A stretch of 64,000 bases of DNA from Escherichia coli (GCF_024502345.1 NZ_JALDNN010000001.1); one strand, 5' to 3'; shown: positions 12,042-28,900, counted from the first letter of the stretch. Notes: a model not told the origin generated them from the sequence alone. Numbers and translations: made by a program.

Positions 12042-13301
12042 TTATTCCCCCTGACGCTGGTAGTCGTTACGCTGCGCGTTGGCGCGGCGTTGGTCCATAA
12101 TATCGCCCTGACTGGTGGACGACGTGTTGCTTGCTCCACTGGTTGTGGAGGAAGAGGCTGGCGGCAGACGCAGCAGATTGCTGGCACCGTTATCGCTCTT
12201 CGCTGCAGGGGCGTTACCACCTTTCAGCATCTGGTCTAACGGCAGAACCATCAGGTTGCCACCTTTATCGTTAACCAGCACTTTGCGGGTGTTGCCCAAC
12301 ACTTTTTCCATCGTCTCGATATACAGACGCTCGCGAGTAATTTCCGGCGCGGCTTTATATTCCGGCAGAAGTTTAGCAAAGCGCGCCACTTCACCCTGGG
12401 CTTCCAGGATGGTCTGGGCCTTGTACGCACGCGCCTCTTCGAGGATACGTTGCGCCTGACCGTTCGCACGCGGCTGAACTTCGTTGGTATACGCTTCTGC
12501 TTCACGAATGTATTGCTGTTCGTTTTCACGCGCGGCAATCGCATCGTCAAACGCCGCTTTTACTTCTTCCGGTGGACGAGCAGCCTGGAAGTTGACGTCC
12601 AGCAGCGTGATACCCATGTCATACGGACGAATCGTCTCTTCCAGTTCGCGCTGAGTATCGCTACGAATCACGGTACGACCTTCCGTCAGAATGCGGTCCA
12701 TGGTGTATTTACCGATAACTCCACGCAGGGCGCTGTCGGTAGCCTGACGCAGGCTGTCATCCGGGCTGGTCACGCTATACAGATATTTTTCCGGATTGGT
12801 GACGCGGTACTGCACGTTCATCTCAACGCGCACTACGTTCTCGTCCGACGTCAGCATCACACCAGAAGCGGCCAGTTCACGCACGGCTTCCACGTTCACC
12901 GGTTTGACTTCGTCGATAAACGTCGGTTTCCAGTTCAGACCTGGCTCAACCAGATGGCTGAATTTACCAAAGCGTGTTACCACGCCGCGTTCGGCTTCTT
13001 TAATGGTATAGAAACCACTGGCCGCCCAGATAATGACAATCGCTGCCGCTGCGATGGTAACGACACGACCGCCAAGCTGCGGGCGCGGGCCTTGCGATGA
13101 ACTGCCACCGCCAGATCCGGTGCCTTTACCGCCGCCCAGACCACCGAGCTTTTTGCTCAGTTTGCGGAAGATATCATCTAAATCAGGTGGCCCTTGATCG
13201 CGACCGCCTTTGTTTCCATTTCCCTCAGAGTTGCCGCCAGGTTTGCTGCTTCCCCACGGGTCGCGGTCTTGTCCGTTATTACCGGGCTGATTCCACGCCA
13301 T
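12042..13301 (-). CDS. hflK: FtsH protease modulator HflK
   Basis: 419-aa ORF with Gly-rich N-terminus; ends 3 nt before hflC start. Confidence 0.9.
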   Translation of the reverse strand: MAWNQPGNNGQDRDPWGSSKPGGNSEGNGNKGGRDQGPPDLDDIFRKLSKKLGGLGGGKGTGSGGGSSSQGPRPQLGGRVVTIAAAAIVIIWAASGFYTIKEAERGVVTRFGKFSHLVEPGLNWKPTFIDEVKPVNVEAVRELAASGVMLTSDENVVRVEMNVQYRVTNPEKYLYSVTSPDDSLRQATDSALRGVIGKYTMDRILTEGRTVIRSDTQRELEETIRPYDMGITLLDVNFQAARPPEEVKAAFDDAIAARENEQQYIREAEAYTNEVQPRANGQAQRILEEARAYKAQTILEAQGEVARFAKLLPEYKAAPEITRERLYIETMEKVLGNTRKVLVNDKGGNLMVLPLDQMLKGGNAPAAKSDNGASNLLRLPPASSSTTSGASNTSSTSQGDIMDQRRANAQRNDYQRQGE

Positions 13302-13386
13302 GTTTGTGCTCCATATTTGTTATGCGGTGATCCCTGTTGTCTTTCGACGCCAGAGGATATGACTCCACGCTTCAGACGCTACGCCG

Positions 13387-14667
13387 TTAGATCAGGTAAT
13401 CGATCAACGCCGGTTCTTGTTTACAGAGGCGACGCCAGTCAACGATCGGCATACGAACTTGCAGACTTACGCTGCCGTCCTCCTCCATCCACTCTTTTTC
13501 TATTGCCTGAAGCTGATAAAAACGACTTCTCAGACGCCCTTCCTGCGGTGGCAGACGCAATGTATGCTGCGCCACCTCGCCGGAAAGCCGCTCCGTCAAA
13601 GCCTGAAAAAGCTGTGGTATCCCCGCTCCGGTCTGTGCGGAAAGCCAGACACGGATCGGTTTGTTCTCTTCGTCCCGATCAATACGCGGTTCGAAATCTT
13701 CCAGCATATCGATCTTGTTCATCACCAGCAGGGTTGGGATCTCGTGAGCGTCGATCTCTTCAAGAACCGTATTCACCGCTTCGATGTTTTCTTGTACACG
13801 CACATCCGCCGCATCAATGACGTGCAGCAGTAATGTGGCTTGCCGCGTCTCTTGTAACGTGGCTTTAAATGCTGCCACCAGATCGTGCGGCAGGTGGCGA
13901 ATAAACCCTACGGTATCTGCAAGTACGGTTTCACCGACATCTGCAACGTCAATACGCCGCAACGTCGGGTCGAGGGTGGCAAACAACTGGTCTGCCGCGT
14001 AGACCCGCGCTTCGGTGATGCGATTGAAAAGGGTAGATTTACCGGCGTTGGTATATCCCACCAGCGAAACAGTAGGAACGTCGGCTTTGATACGCGATTG
14101 CCGCCCCTGCTCACGCTGCTTTTCAACTCTTTCCAGGCGCGACTGTATCTGCACGATGCGATTACGCAACAAACGACGGTCGGTTTCGAGCTGGGTTTCA
14201 CCCGGACCACGCAAACCAATCCCGCCTTTCTGTCTTTCAAGGTGGGTCCAGCCACGCACCAGGCGCGTAGCCAGATGGCGCAGCTGCGCCAGCTCAACCT
14301 GCAACTTACCCTCATGGGTACGCGCACGTTGGGCGAAAATATCTAAAATAAGGCCGGTGCGGTCGATAACACGACACTCGCACAAACGCTCCAGGTTACG
14401 CTCTTGCGCCGGGCTCAGGGCATGGTCAAAAAGAACGACCGAAGCACCCGTCGCTTTGACAGCTTCCGCAATTTCAACTGCTTTACCTTCACCTACAAAA
14501 TACTTTGGGTGCGGCGCTTTACGGCTACCGGTAATCACCTGCAATGCTTCGACACCGGCGGAAGAGACCAGAGATTCAAACTCCTGGAGGTCTTCCATAT
14601 CTTTGTCTTGCGTAAAATAGATGTGTACCAGTACCGCCTGCTCACCAGCATCATAACGGTCAAACAA
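13387..14667 (-). CDS. hflX: GTPase HflX
   Basis: 426-aa ORF containing a G-domain P-loop (GYTNAGKST). Confidence 0.9.
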   Translation of the reverse strand: MFDRYDAGEQAVLVHIYFTQDKDMEDLQEFESLVSSAGVEALQVITGSRKAPHPKYFVGEGKAVEIAEAVKATGASVVLFDHALSPAQERNLERLCECRVIDRTGLILDIFAQRARTHEGKLQVELAQLRHLATRLVRGWTHLERQKGGIGLRGPGETQLETDRRLLRNRIVQIQSRLERVEKQREQGRQSRIKADVPTVSLVGYTNAGKSTLFNRITEARVYAADQLFATLDPTLRRIDVADVGETVLADTVGFIRHLPHDLVAAFKATLQETRQATLLLHVIDAADVRVQENIEAVNTVLEEIDAHEIPTLLVMNKIDMLEDFEPRIDRDEENKPIRVWLSAQTGAGIPQLFQALTERLSGEVAQHTLRLPPQEGRLRSRFYQLQAIEKEWMEEDGSVSLQVRMPIVDWRRLCKQEPALIDYLI

Positions 14668-14743
14668 GCGTATAACCCTCTAAATAGATCAGCGGGGAAC
14701 GCAGGATCGCTAGCTCCCCGTGTAAAAAAAACAGCCCGAAACC

Positions 14744-15064
<321 letters not shown>

Positions 15065-15137
15065 TTATATGCTTATTTGTACTTTGAACCTTTCGATTCT
15101 GAAAAAATTGCGCACGATACGTCTCAATTGTACACAT

Positions 15138-16088
15138 TCAGCCTGCGATAGCACCAACAACCTGTAATACTTCGTCACGCGCCTGTTCTGGTTTTTCACT
15201 ATCAAGCCAGTGAACCCCTTCCCAACCACGCAGCCAGGTTATCTGCCGCTTCGCCAACTGTCTCGTGGCGCAAACACCTCGATAAACCATTTCATCGTAT
15301 GAGATTTCGCCTTCAAGGTAAGACCACATCTGGCGATAACCCACGCAACGAATGGAAGGCAAGTCCGTATGCAAATCTCCTCGGGCAAAAAGCGCCCGGA
15401 CTTCTGCTTCAAAACCTGAAGCCAACATCTGATGAAAACGCTGCTCAATGCGTTGATGGAGCAGTTCACGGCTCGCCGGGGCGATGGCGAACTGATGCAC
15501 CTGATACGGTAGAGCGTCTCCTGACGTTTGCGTCAGTTCCGTTAAAGTTTTACCCGAAATGAAAAAAACTTCCAGTGCCCGGGAAAGCCTTTGTGGATCA
15601 TTTGGATGAATCCTTGCTGCCGCAACCGGATCGATCTCCTGAAGTTGACGATGCAATGACTCCCAACCTTGCTCTGCCGCCTGTTGCTCAATTCTGGCCC
15701 GTACTTCCGGGTCTGCCGACGGTAGCGGCGACAACCCTTCCAGCAATGCCTTGAAATACAACATCGTACCGCCCACTAACAGTGGGATCCGCCCCGCCGC
15801 GGTGATATCGGCCATTTCCGCCAGCGCATCGCGGCGAAAATCAGCAGCCGAGTAAGCCTGCGACGGATCGCGAATATCCAGCAATCGGTGCGGCGCGGCG
15901 AGTAACTCTTCAGCGTTCGGCTTCGCCGTCCCGATATCCATCCCTTTGTAAATAAGGGCAGAATCAACGCTTATCAACTCTACTGGTAAAATTTTACGCA
16001 GCTCAATGGCTAACGCCGTTTTACCGGAGGCCGTCGGCCCCATCAAAAAAATCGCCTTAGGCAGGCTCGCCTTACTGATATCACTCAT
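15138..16088 (-). CDS. miaA: tRNA dimethylallyltransferase MiaA
   Basis: 316-aa ORF with P-loop (GPTASGKT). Confidence 0.9.
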
Positions 16089-17928
16089 CTTTCAGGGCTT
16101 TTATCGCCGGATGTAAATCAACAGATTGTAACAGACCACCCGGCGGCGTTTTCACAAGTTGCGGACATAACCGTTCCACGTCCGCCAGCAGGGTTATGGC
16201 CTGTGCCATTGACCACTGCGCATGTTCGCTCATCAGATTTCGTGCAATCCACTGCGCAATATTGCCAGGTTCGAATACGGACTGCTTCGCCAGGTAGCCT
16301 ATCAGTTCAGGAATCAAGATTTGTAAATTTTGTTGGCGTAAGGGTAAAGGCACGGCCCTGATGGTCACATGCTGTGCATCTGACTGGAAATCAATACCCA
16401 ATTCCGCCAGGGCAGACTGCGCTTTTTCTAATGCCGATTTTTCTTCGCCAGAAACTTTTAGCCGCAACGGAATCAGCAGCGGCTGGGCGCAAACGGGCGC
16501 TTCACCCGGCGTCAGTTGTACCTGACGCAGCCAACGTTCTGCCACTGGCAAGGCTAAAAGTGAAATGTTGCCGTCGCGCTCCAGCAACGCACAGTCGGAA
16601 TGGACGATAGTCAGTACCCGACCAAAACTCTGACTGTTCGCCGCAAGTGCAGGTTCCTGCGGTTCCGGCGCTTTTGGTTTTTGCATCGGCGCGGGCGTTT
16701 GCAAAAGCTGGCGATACACTTCACCTTGCTGTTTCTGGTAGCCTGGCTGCGCATTCGGCCAGGGGGCAGCCGGACGACTGCCTGAGGCGGGCGCAGGAGA
16801 GTAGCGCGGAGCTACCGGCTCACGAGCTGCCGGTTCTGCAAAGTGATTGCGCCCCGCCGCCACGCGGTTTTCCGGAATGGGACGCGGTGCAGGTTGGGGT
16901 TCATCGTCCAGCGGTAGCGGCGTTTCCAGTTGCTGTTGTAGCACGCTCAGCACGCCCTGATAGATAAAATCATGCACCAGACGCGACTGATGGAAACGCA
17001 CTTCGTGTTTGGCGGGGTGTACGTTGACGTCCACCTGATGCGGGTCGATCTCCAGATACAACACAAATGCAGGTTGTTGATCGGCCCCCAGTTTGTCTTC
17101 GCAGGCCTGGCGGATCGCGTGATTGATCAGGCGATCGCGCATCATGCGACCGTTCACGTAGCAATACTGAATTTCTGCCAGTGCGGGCGTGGTGTGATTT
17201 GGATCGGCCACCCAGCCGCGCAGGGTGAGATCGCCGTGTTGCCATTCAATCGCCAGCGCTTGTTCGAGAAAAGCGGTGCCACAAATCGCGCCTAAGCGCC
17301 GTTCTTTTTGCCCGCCTTCCGGCACTGCGCGGTACTGACGCACAATTTTACCGTTATGCGACAGGTTGATCGTGACGTCGAAACGCGCCAGCGCAATGCG
17401 GCGGATGATTTCATCGATATGGTTAAATTCGGTTTTCTCGGTGCGCAGGAATCTGCGCCGCGCCGGGGTGTTGTAGAACAGATCCAGCACCTCCAGCGTC
17501 GTTCCCACCGGATGCGCCGCCGGTTTAACCGTCACGTCCATATCGCGTCCTTCGGCATAGGCCTGCCAGGCTTCCTGCTGTTCTGCGGTGCGTGAAGTGA
17601 GCGTCAGGCGGGAAACCGAACTGATACTCGCCAGCGCCTCACCGCGAAAGCCCAGGCTGATAATGGCTTCGAGATCGTCCAGAGAGGCGATTTTACTGGT
17701 GGCATGACGAGCCAGCGCCAGCGCCAGCTCATCTTTTTTGATACCGCAGCCGTTATCACGAATGCGGATAAGTTTCGCCCCACCGCGTTCGATATCAATA
17801 TCGATACGCGTCGCACCTGCATCGAGGCTGTTTTCCACCAGTTCTTTGACTACCGACGCAGGTCGCTCGACCACCTCACCTGCGGCAATCTGGTTCGCCA
17901 GTTGTGGCGGTAAGACCTGAATTGGCAT
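16081..17928 (-). CDS. mutL: DNA mismatch repair protein MutL
   Basis: ORF 16081..17931; start at [23 protein letters not shown] (615 aa); 3' end overlaps miaA start by 8 nt. Confidence 0.9.
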
Positions 17929-17937
17929 CAATCGTCC

Positions 17938-19272
17938 TTAGTTTGGCAGCGTGCGATCTGGCGTTGTCACCGTACTGGCCGTTTGTGCCGTTGCCCCCTG
18001 CGGCGCAGATTGCATCGGATGCGCAAGGAAATAATTGCGCAGGCCTTTGTAAATGGCTTCTGCCAGCTGTTGTTGGTAATCGTCGCTCGCCAGCAAACGT
18101 TCTTCACTGTTATTGCTGATAAAACCGGTTTCGACCAGTACTGACGGGATATCCGGCGAACGCAGAACGCCTAGACTAGCGTGTTCTGGCCGACGTTTAT
18201 GAATTTCGCCAATGCGTTGCAACTGACTGATCATACTGGTCGCTACATCATACCCTACCCGCTGGGAATGACCGAACTGTAAATCCAGCACCGCCTGGCT
18301 TAAATAGGGGTCAGACTGACTGTTCGCCAGCACATCACCCGCCCCACCCAGCAGCTCCGACTGTTTCTCGTGCTGCTCCAGCCAGCTGGCCATTTCGCTG
18401 TTGGCGCGACGGTTAGAGAGCACCCATACGGAAGCGCCAGTCGCACTGCGGTTCGGTGCGGCATCAGCGTGAATCGACACGAGGAAATTGGCGTTTTGCT
18501 TACGTGCCACATCACTGCGCCCCATCACCGAGATAAAGTAATCCCCGTCACGGGTTAAAACGCCCTTAAACATCGGATCGTCATTGAGCAAAGTACGCAA
18601 TTTACGCGCGATGGCGATGGTGACATTTTTCTCCCGCGTACCACCGGGGCCGATAGCGCCAGGGTCCTGACCGCCGTGTCCGGCATCAATAGCGATGATA
18701 ATTTTATCGCCAGTGTTAGCCGTCGCGCGCGCTGCCGGACGCGTTACCGTATTACTGCTGATAACACCCGTAGTGCGGTTACTTTCCGTTTTAAACGGAT
18801 TGCGCGCCGGTTCGCTGACGCGCGGTGCGACAACCGCAGGCGTTTCAACGCGTTTCGCAACCACGGGCGGCGGGGGAGGAGGTGGCGGCGCATCGGCGTT
18901 AATCGTAAAGACGACAGTGTAATTGCTGCCATTCTGCCGCTTCACCGCTTCGGTTTTACCGTTTTCGGTAAGATCGACCACCAGCCGTAGCGTTTGTGCA
19001 TCTTTAGGCGTTCCAGAGCGAATCGCCTTCACCAGATTATTGCCGCTGAACAACAACGGCAGTCCCTGAATCACGCCCGTTTGTTTGATATCGAGCGCCA
19101 CGGTGCGTTTGCTTTGATGGCTAAACGCATAATCAGGATCGCCAATAAAACTCAACGTTATCCGCGCCTGTTGATTACCGTTAGAAACCTGAATATCAGA
19201 GAGCGTCGCGGCACCCACCGGCGTGCACAGCAGCAGCGTCGCTACCAACCAATTTCTGATGCGATACATCAT
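17938..19272 (-). CDS. amiB: N-acetylmuramoyl-L-alanine amidase AmiB
   Basis: ORF 17938..19287; start at [15 protein letters not shown] (signal peptide). Confidence 0.85.
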   Translation of the reverse strand: MMYRIRNWLVATLLLCTPVGAATLSDIQVSNGNQQARITLSFIGDPDYAFSHQSKRTVALDIKQTGVIQGLPLLFSGNNLVKAIRSGTPKDAQTLRLVVDLTENGKTEAVKRQNGSNYTVVFTINADAPPPPPPPPVVAKRVETPAVVAPRVSEPARNPFKTESNRTTGVISSNTVTRPAARATANTGDKIIIAIDAGHGGQDPGAIGPGGTREKNVTIAIARKLRTLLNDDPMFKGVLTRDGDYFISVMGRSDVARKQNANFLVSIHADAAPNRSATGASVWVLSNRRANSEMASWLEQHEKQSELLGGAGDVLANSQSDPYLSQAVLDLQFGHSQRVGYDVATSMISQLQRIGEIHKRRPEHASLGVLRSPDIPSVLVETGFISNNSEERLLASDDYQQQLAEAIYKGLRNYFLAHPMQSAPQGATAQTASTVTTPDRTLPN

Positions 19273-19290
19273 CCCGCCACCTTTCAAAGG

Positions 19291-21269
<1,979 letters not shown>

Positions 21270-21271
<2 letters not shown>

Positions 21272-22409
21272 GTCAGAGCCCCTCGATCTCAATCAGTTAG
21301 CGCAAAAAATTAAACAGTGGGGGCTGGAACTGGGCTTTCAGCAGGTAGGTATTACCGATACCGATCTCAGCGAGTCCGAGCCCAAACTGCAAGCATGGCT
21401 GGACAAACAATACCACGGCGAAATGGACTGGATGGCACGTCACGGTATGCTGCGCGCTCGCCCTCATGAGTTATTGCCCGGTACGCTGCGCGTGATCAGC
21501 GTGCGGATGAATTACCTTCCTGCTAACGCCGCATTTGCCAGCACGCTGAAAAACCCCAAACTCGGCTATGTTAGCCGTTATGCGCTGGGCCGTGACTATC
21601 ACAAACTTCTGCGCAACCGACTCAAAAAGCTGGGCGAGATGATTCAGCAACATTGTGTTTCGCTGAATTTTAGACCGTTTGTCGATTCTGCGCCTATTCT
21701 CGAGCGCCCGTTAGCTGAAAAAGCTGGGCTCGGCTGGACAGGTAAGCACTCACTTATCCTCAATCGCGAGGCCGGTTCGTTCTTCTTTTTAGGCGAATTG
21801 CTGGTCGATATTCCGCTGCCCGTGGCTCAACCAGTCGAGGAAGGATGCGGCAAATGCGTGGCCTGTATGACGATTTGCCCGACCGGTGCCATCGTCGAGC
21901 CATATACCGTCGATGCTCGCCGCTGTATCTCTTATCTCACCATCGAACTGGAAGGGGCGATCCCGGAAGAGTTGCGACCGTTAATGGGAAACCGTATTTA
22001 CGGTTGCGATGACTGCCAGCTTATCTGCCCGTGGAATCGCTATTCACAACTCACTACAGAAGACGATTTCAGCCCGCGTAAGCCGCTACACGCACCGGAA
22101 CTCATTGAGTTATTCGCCTGGAGCGAAGAGAAGTTTTTAAAAGTCACGGAAGGTTCGGCGATTCGCCGTATAGGTCACCTGCGCTGGCTGCGTAATATCG
22201 CCGTGGCATTAGGCAATGCGCCCTGGGATGAAACGATTCTGGCGGCGCTGGAGAGTCGCAAAGGTGAGCACCCACTTCTTGATGAGCACATAGCGTGGGC
22301 GATGGCGCAGCAAATCGAGAGGCGAAATGCGTGCATAGTCGAAGTGCAATTGCCGAAAAAACAGCGTCTGGTTCGGGTAATTGAAAAAGGGTTACCGCGT
22401 GACGCCTGA
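21270..22409 (+). CDS. queG: Epoxyqueuosine reductase QueG
   Basis: ORF 21162..22409; start at MSEPLDLNQLAQKIKQWG (379 aa); Cys-rich 4Fe-4S motifs (CGKCVACMTICP, CDDCQLICP). Confidence 0.85.
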
Positions 22410-22678
22410 TTCATCCACAGCTTGTGAATAAAAATAAAAACGCATTGCAATTCAAGACGAATAAAATCGTCAAGTGATCGACTCGACAAAACGAAATCTT
22501 AATTTTTAACTTATCTATCAATAGGTTAAAAAAATACTATTCACCGTGCGAAGTTTCTTTGAAATTAAGATTACAGCCTGAGGCTGTGGATAACTCTGTT
22601 TACAAGAGTTTGTCAGAGACAACAAAAACCAGCAATAACGCATCGCGTCGCTGTGGATATTTTATTGAGAGAAGAATT

Positions 22679-22754
<76 letters not shown>

Positions 22755-22789
22755 TTGGGTGGTCTGTGCCTTACAGCACTTTCAAATTT

Positions 22790-22865
<76 letters not shown>

Positions 22866-22901
22866 TTGGGTGGTCTGTGCTTTGCAGCACTTTTCAAATT
22901 T

Positions 22902-22977
<76 letters not shown>

Positions 22978-23187
22978 GTACTACTTAATTTTGCTTTCGT
23001 AATTTTCGCATTTCTGCGTCGTTACGGGAGGCGCATTATACGAGAAATCTTTCCCTCTGCAACCCCCCTAAAAAATTTTTTTTGAGTTTTTATCTCAAGT
23101 GCTGAAATTATCGGCAAGACGTTCAATTTAGCGTCAAAATCACGCCGCCGCAAGTGGATTCCGGCGCTTACGTGACCAGCAAAAATT

Positions 23188-23733
23188 TTACAGCTTGATA
23201 AAATGCTCGCGGTAGTAAGCCAGCTCCGCCACCGATTCACGGATATCATCCATCGCCTGATGCGTCCCCTGCTTGGTAAAACCATCCAGAATTTCCGGCT
23301 TCCAGCGGCGCGCCAGCTCTTTCAGGGTGCTGACATCGAGATAACGGTAGTGGAAGTAGGCTTCCAGCTCCGGCATGTATTTAAACAGGAAGCGACGATC
23401 CTGGCCGATGCTGTTACCGCAAATCGGCGATTTTCCCGCAGGCACCCACTGTTTTAAGAATTCGAGCGTTGCCAGTTCAGCTTCACGATCGCCCATCGTG
23501 CTCGCTTTCACGCGCTCTACCAGCCCGCTGGCGGTATGGGTGCGCACGTTCCAGTCATCCATCAGCGCCAGCTGTTCATCAGACTGGTGTACTGCAATGG
23601 TCGGCCCTTCTGCCAGAATATTCAGGTTGGCATCGGTCACCAGCGTGGCAATCTCAATAATGCGATCGCGCTCGGGATCCAGACCGGTCATCTCAAGATC
23701 GATCCAAATCAGGTTGTTTTCATTGGCACTCAT
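23188..23733 (-). CDS. orn: Oligoribonuclease
   Basis: ORF 23188..23877; start at [23 protein letters not shown] (181 aa); DEDDh exonuclease motifs. Confidence 0.9.
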
Positions 23734-23827
23734 GCTATTTTCCACCCATTCACAGTGACTATATTGATCCACAATTGCGTGTATCATAGATGTTTTGCCC
23801 ATCAGGGGCGACCAGGAGTCTGTACGA

Positions 23828-24880
23828 TTGAGTAAAAATAAACTCTCCAAAGGCCAGCAGCGCCGCGTGAACGCCAATCACCAGCGTCGTCTTAAAACGT
23901 CTAAGGAGAAGCCCGACTACGACGACAATCTGTTTGGCGAGCCTGATGAAGGTATCGTCATCAGCCGCTTTGGTATGCACGCTGATGTGGAATCCGCCGA
24001 TGGCGACGTTCACCGCTGCAATATTCGCCGTACCATCCGTTCGCTGGTGACCGGCGACCGCGTAGTCTGGCGTCCGGGTAAACCGGCGGCGGAAGGCGTA
24101 AATGTCAAAGGGATCGTGGAAGCGGTGCATGAGCGCACCTCGGTGTTGACGCGTCCGGATTTCTACGACGGCGTGAAACCTATTGCCGCCAACATCGACC
24201 AGATTGTCATTGTCTCCGCCATTTTGCCGGAGCTGTCGCTCAATATTATCGACCGTTACCTGGTGGCCTGCGAAACCTTGCAGATTGAGCCGATTATTGT
24301 GCTCAATAAGATAGACCTGCTGGACGACGAAGGCATGGCGTTCGTCAACGAGCAGATGGATATCTACCGCAATATCGGTTATCGCGTATTGATGGTTTCC
24401 AGCCATACTCAGGATGGGCTAAAACCGCTGGAAGAGGCGTTGACCGGGCGCATCAGCATTTTTGCCGGGCAGTCTGGCGTTGGTAAATCCAGCCTGCTGA
24501 ACGCGTTGCTGGGGCTGCAAAAAGAGATCCTGACCAACGATGTCTCTGACAACTCGGGTCTCGGTCAACACACCACGACCGCCGCACGCCTGTATCACTT
24601 CCCGCACGGCGGTGATGTGATTGATTCCCCTGGTGTGCGTGAGTTCGGCCTCTGGCACCTGGAGCCGGAACAAATCACTCAGGGCTTTGTCGAATTCCAT
24701 GACTATTTAGGTCTGTGTAAATATCGCGATTGCAAACACGATACCGATCCGGGCTGCGCTATCCGGGAAGCGGTTGAGGAAGGGAAAATCGCGGAAACCC
24801 GTTTCGAAAACTATCACCGTATTCTGGAAAGCATGGCGCAGGTAAAAACGCGTAAAAACTTTTCTGATACGGATGACTGA
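23828..24880 (+). CDS. rsgA: Ribosome small-subunit-dependent GTPase RsgA
   Basis: ORF 23795..24880; canonical 350-aa product begins at the TTG at 23828 ([12 protein letters not shown]...); contains [12 protein letters not shown]. Confidence 0.8.
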
Positions 24881-24976
24881 CAATTAAGCTAACCGTCGTT
24901 AGAATCGTCCCCTTTTTTTCAGGATCCGGCATGCAGGCCGGATCAGGAACGACAAAACAATGGCCTGGAGGCTACC

Positions 24977-25945
24977 TTGTTAAATTCATTTAAACTTTCG
25001 CTACAGTACATTCTGCCGAAACTATGGCTTACTCGGCTGGCGGGTTGGGGCGCAAGCAAGCGGGCAGGATGGCTGACAAAACTGGTTATCGATCTGTTCG
25101 TTAAATACTACAAGGTCGACATGAAAGAGGCGCAAAAGCCGGACACCGCCAGCTACCGCACCTTTAACGAATTCTTTGTCCGTCCGCTGCGTGACGAAGT
25201 ACGCCCAATCGATACCGATCCGAATGTCCTGGTTATGCCTGCCGATGGCGTTATCAGCCAGTTGGGTAAAATCGAAGAAGATAAAATCCTGCAAGCCAAA
25301 GGCCACAACTACAGCCTCGAAGCCCTGCTGGCAGGCAACTATCTGATGGCGGACCTGTTCCGCAACGGTACGTTTGTGACCACTTACCTCTCCCCGCGTG
25401 ACTACCACCGCGTACACATGCCGTGCAACGGTATTCTGCGTGAAATGATCTACGTGCCGGGCGATCTCTTCTCCGTTAACCATCTCACGGCTCAGAACGT
25501 GCCGAATCTGTTTGCCCGTAACGAACGCGTGATCTGCCTGTTCGATACCGAATTTGGCCCAATGGCGCAGATTCTGGTCGGGGCGACGATTGTAGGCAGC
25601 ATTGAGACTGTCTGGGCGGGCACCATTACGCCGCCGCGCGAAGGCATCATCAAGCGCTGGACCTGGCCTGCCGGGGAAAACGACGGTTCTGTGGCACTGC
25701 TGAAAGGCCAGGAAATGGGTCGCTTTAAACTCGGTTCCACCGTTATCAACCTGTTTGCACCAGGTAAAGTGAATCTGGTTGAGCAACTGGAAAGCCTGTC
25801 TGTCACGAAAATTGGCCAGCCGCTGGCAGTATCTACCGAAACCTTTGTTACGCCAGACGCTGAACCCGCCCCGCCTCCTGCTGAAGAGATCGAAGCAGAA
25901 CACGACGCCAGCCCATTGGTTGACGATAAAAAAGACCAGGTCTAA
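24977..25945 (+). CDS. psd: Phosphatidylserine decarboxylase proenzyme
   Basis: 322-aa ORF containing the LGST self-cleavage motif ([11 protein letters not shown]). Confidence 0.9.
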   Translation: MLNSFKLSLQYILPKLWLTRLAGWGASKRAGWLTKLVIDLFVKYYKVDMKEAQKPDTASYRTFNEFFVRPLRDEVRPIDTDPNVLVMPADGVISQLGKIEEDKILQAKGHNYSLEALLAGNYLMADLFRNGTFVTTYLSPRDYHRVHMPCNGILREMIYVPGDLFSVNHLTAQNVPNLFARNERVICLFDTEFGPMAQILVGATIVGSIETVWAGTITPPREGIIKRWTWPAGENDGSVALLKGQEMGRFKLGSTVINLFAPGKVNLVEQLESLSVTKIGQPLAVSTETFVTPDAEPAPPPAEEIEAEHDASPLVDDKKDQV

Positions 25946-25966
25946 TCCATCAAAGGAAACGCTGAC

Positions 25967-28900
25967 GTGCGCCTGATTATCACTTTTCTGATGGCCTGGT
26001 GCCTCAGTTGGGGGGCGTACGCCGCGACGGCCCCCGATAGCAAACAAATCTCACAAGAACTGGAGCAGGCAAAAGCGGCGAAACCCGCACAGCCGGAAGT
26101 CGTAGAGGCGCTCCAGTCTGCCTTAAATGCGCTTGAGGAACGAAAAGGTTCCCTTGAGCGCATCAAGCAATATCAAGAAGTTATTGATAATTATCCGAAA
26201 CTCTCCGCGACTCTTCGCGCGCAGTTAAACAACATGCGTGACGAGCCGCGCAGCGTGTCGCCGGGGATGTCTACCGACGCGCTGAATCAGGAAATTCTCC
26301 AGGTCAGCAGTCAGTTGCTGGATAAAAGCCGTCAGGCCCAGCAAGAGCAGGAGCGCGCCCGCGAGATTGCCGATTCGCTGAATCAACTGCCGCAACAGCA
26401 AACCGACGCCCGCCGTCAGTTAAACGAGATCGAGCGCCGCCTGGGAACGCTTACCGGCAATACTCCGCTCAATCAGGCACAAAATTTCGCGTTGCAGTCT
26501 GACTCTGCACGTCTTAAGGCGCTCGTTGATGAACTGGAGCTGGCGCAGCTGTCTGCCAATAACCGCCAGGAATTAGCGCGCTTGCGCTCTGAGCTGGCTG
26601 AAAAAGAGAGCCAGCAACTGGATGCGTATTTGCAGGCCTTACGTAATCAATTAAACAGCCAACGTCAGCTTGAGGCGGAGCGGGCGCTGGAAAGTACCGA
26701 ATTGCTGGCAGAAAACAGTGCCGATTTGCCGAAAGACATCGTCGCGCAATTCAAAATTAACCGCGAACTGTCGGCGGCTTTGAATCAACAGGCGCAGCGG
26801 ATGGATCTCGTTGCCTCGCAACAGCGTCAGGCTGCCAGCCAGACGTTACAGGTCCGGCAGGCGTTGAATACGCTGCGTGAACAGTCGCAATGGCTGGGAT
26901 CGTCCAACCTGCTCGGTGAAGCGTTGCGGGCGCAGGTGGCACGGCTGCCGGAAATGCCGAAACCACAACAGCTTGATACCGAAATGGCGCAGTTGCGTGT
27001 GCAACGGTTACGTTATGAGGATCTGCTTAATAAACAGCCGCTGCTACGGCAAATTCATCAGGCCGACGGTCAGCCGCTGACTGCCGAGCAAAACCGTATT
27101 CTCGAAGCACAGCTACGCACTCAGCGTGAGTTGCTGAACTCATTGTTGCAGGGTGGCGACACGCTACTACTGGAACTGACCAAGCTGAAAGTCTCCAACG
27201 GGCAACTGGAGGATGCGCTGAAAGAGGTGAACGAAGCGACGCACCGCTATCTGTTCTGGACCTCTGACGTGCGCCCGATGACCATCGCCTGGCCGCTGGA
27301 AATCGCCCAGGATCTGCGTCGTCTCATTTCGCTGGACACCTTCAGTCAGTTGGGCAAAGCCAGTGTGATGATGCTGACCAGCAAAGAGACGATTTTGCCG
27401 CTGTTTGGCGCGTTGATTCTGGTCGGTTGCAGTATTTACTCGCGCCGCTATTTTACCCGTTTTCTCGAACGTTCGGCGGCGAAAGTCGGCAAAGTGACTC
27501 AGGATCACTTCTGGCTGACGTTGCGCACTCTTTTCTGGTCGATTCTCGTCGCGTCACCGCTGCCGGTGCTGTGGATGACGCTGGGTTACGGCTTGCGCGA
27601 GGCGTGGCCTTATCCGCTGGCGGTCGCGATTGGCGATGGCGTAACAGCCACCGTGCCGCTGCTGTGGGTAGTGATGATTTGCGCTACTTTTGCCCGCCCG
27701 AACGGCTTGTTTATCGCTCATTTTGGCTGGCCGCGCGAACGTGTTTCTCGTGGGATGCGCTACTACCTGATGAGCATCGGGCTTATTGTGCCACTGATTA
27801 TGGCGCTGATGATGTTCGATAACCTCGACGACCGCGAATTTTCCGGTTCGCTGGGACGGCTTTGCTTTATCCTCATTTGCGGTGCGCTGGCGGTGGTCAC
27901 CCTCAGCCTGAAAAAGGCCGGGATACCGCTGTATCTCAACAAAGAGGGCAGCGGCGACAACATTACCAACCATATGCTGTGGAACATGATGATTGGCGCG
28001 CCACTGGTTGCCATTCTGGCGTCGGCGGTGGGTTATCTGGCAACGGCGCAGGCACTGTTAGCGAGGCTTGAAACCTCGGTTGCCATCTGGTTCCTGCTAC
28101 TGGTGGTTTATCACGTTATCCGCCGCTGGATGCTGATCCAGCGCCGCAGGCTGGCGTTTGACCGGGCGAAGCATCGCCGGGCAGAGATGTTAGCGCAACG
28201 CGCGCGTGGCGAAGAGGAAGCGCATCATCACAGTAGCCCGGAAGGGGCAATTGAAGTCGATGAAAGCGAAGTCGATCTCGATGCCATTAGTGCGCAATCC
28301 TTGCGGCTGGTGCGCTCAATTTTGATGTTGATCGCCCTGCTTTCGGTCATTGTGCTGTGGTCAGAAATCCATTCCGCTTTCGGCTTCCTCGAAAATATTT
28401 CGCTGTGGGATGTCACCTCCACGGTACAGGGCGTAGAAAGTCTGGAGCCAATTACCCTCGGTGCGGTGCTGATTGCCATTCTGGTGTTTATCATCACCAC
28501 GCAACTGGTGCGCAACCTGCCCGCGCTGCTGGAACTGGCGATTTTGCAGCACCTGGATTTAACGCCGGGTACGGGTTACGCCATCACCACCATCACCAAA
28601 TATCTGCTGATGCTGATTGGCGGGCTGGTCGGCTTCTCAATGATTGGTATTGAGTGGTCGAAATTGCAGTGGCTGGTTGCCGCGCTCGGTGTTGGTCTCG
28701 GTTTTGGTTTGCAGGAAATTTTCGCCAACTTTATCTCTGGCCTGATCATCCTGTTCGAAAAACCGATTCGCATTGGCGATACGGTAACGATCCGCGATCT
28801 TACTGGTAGCGTGACAAAAATTAACACCCGCGCCACCACCATCAGCGACTGGGACCGTAAAGAGATAATCGTGCCGAACAAGGCGTTTATTACCGAGCAG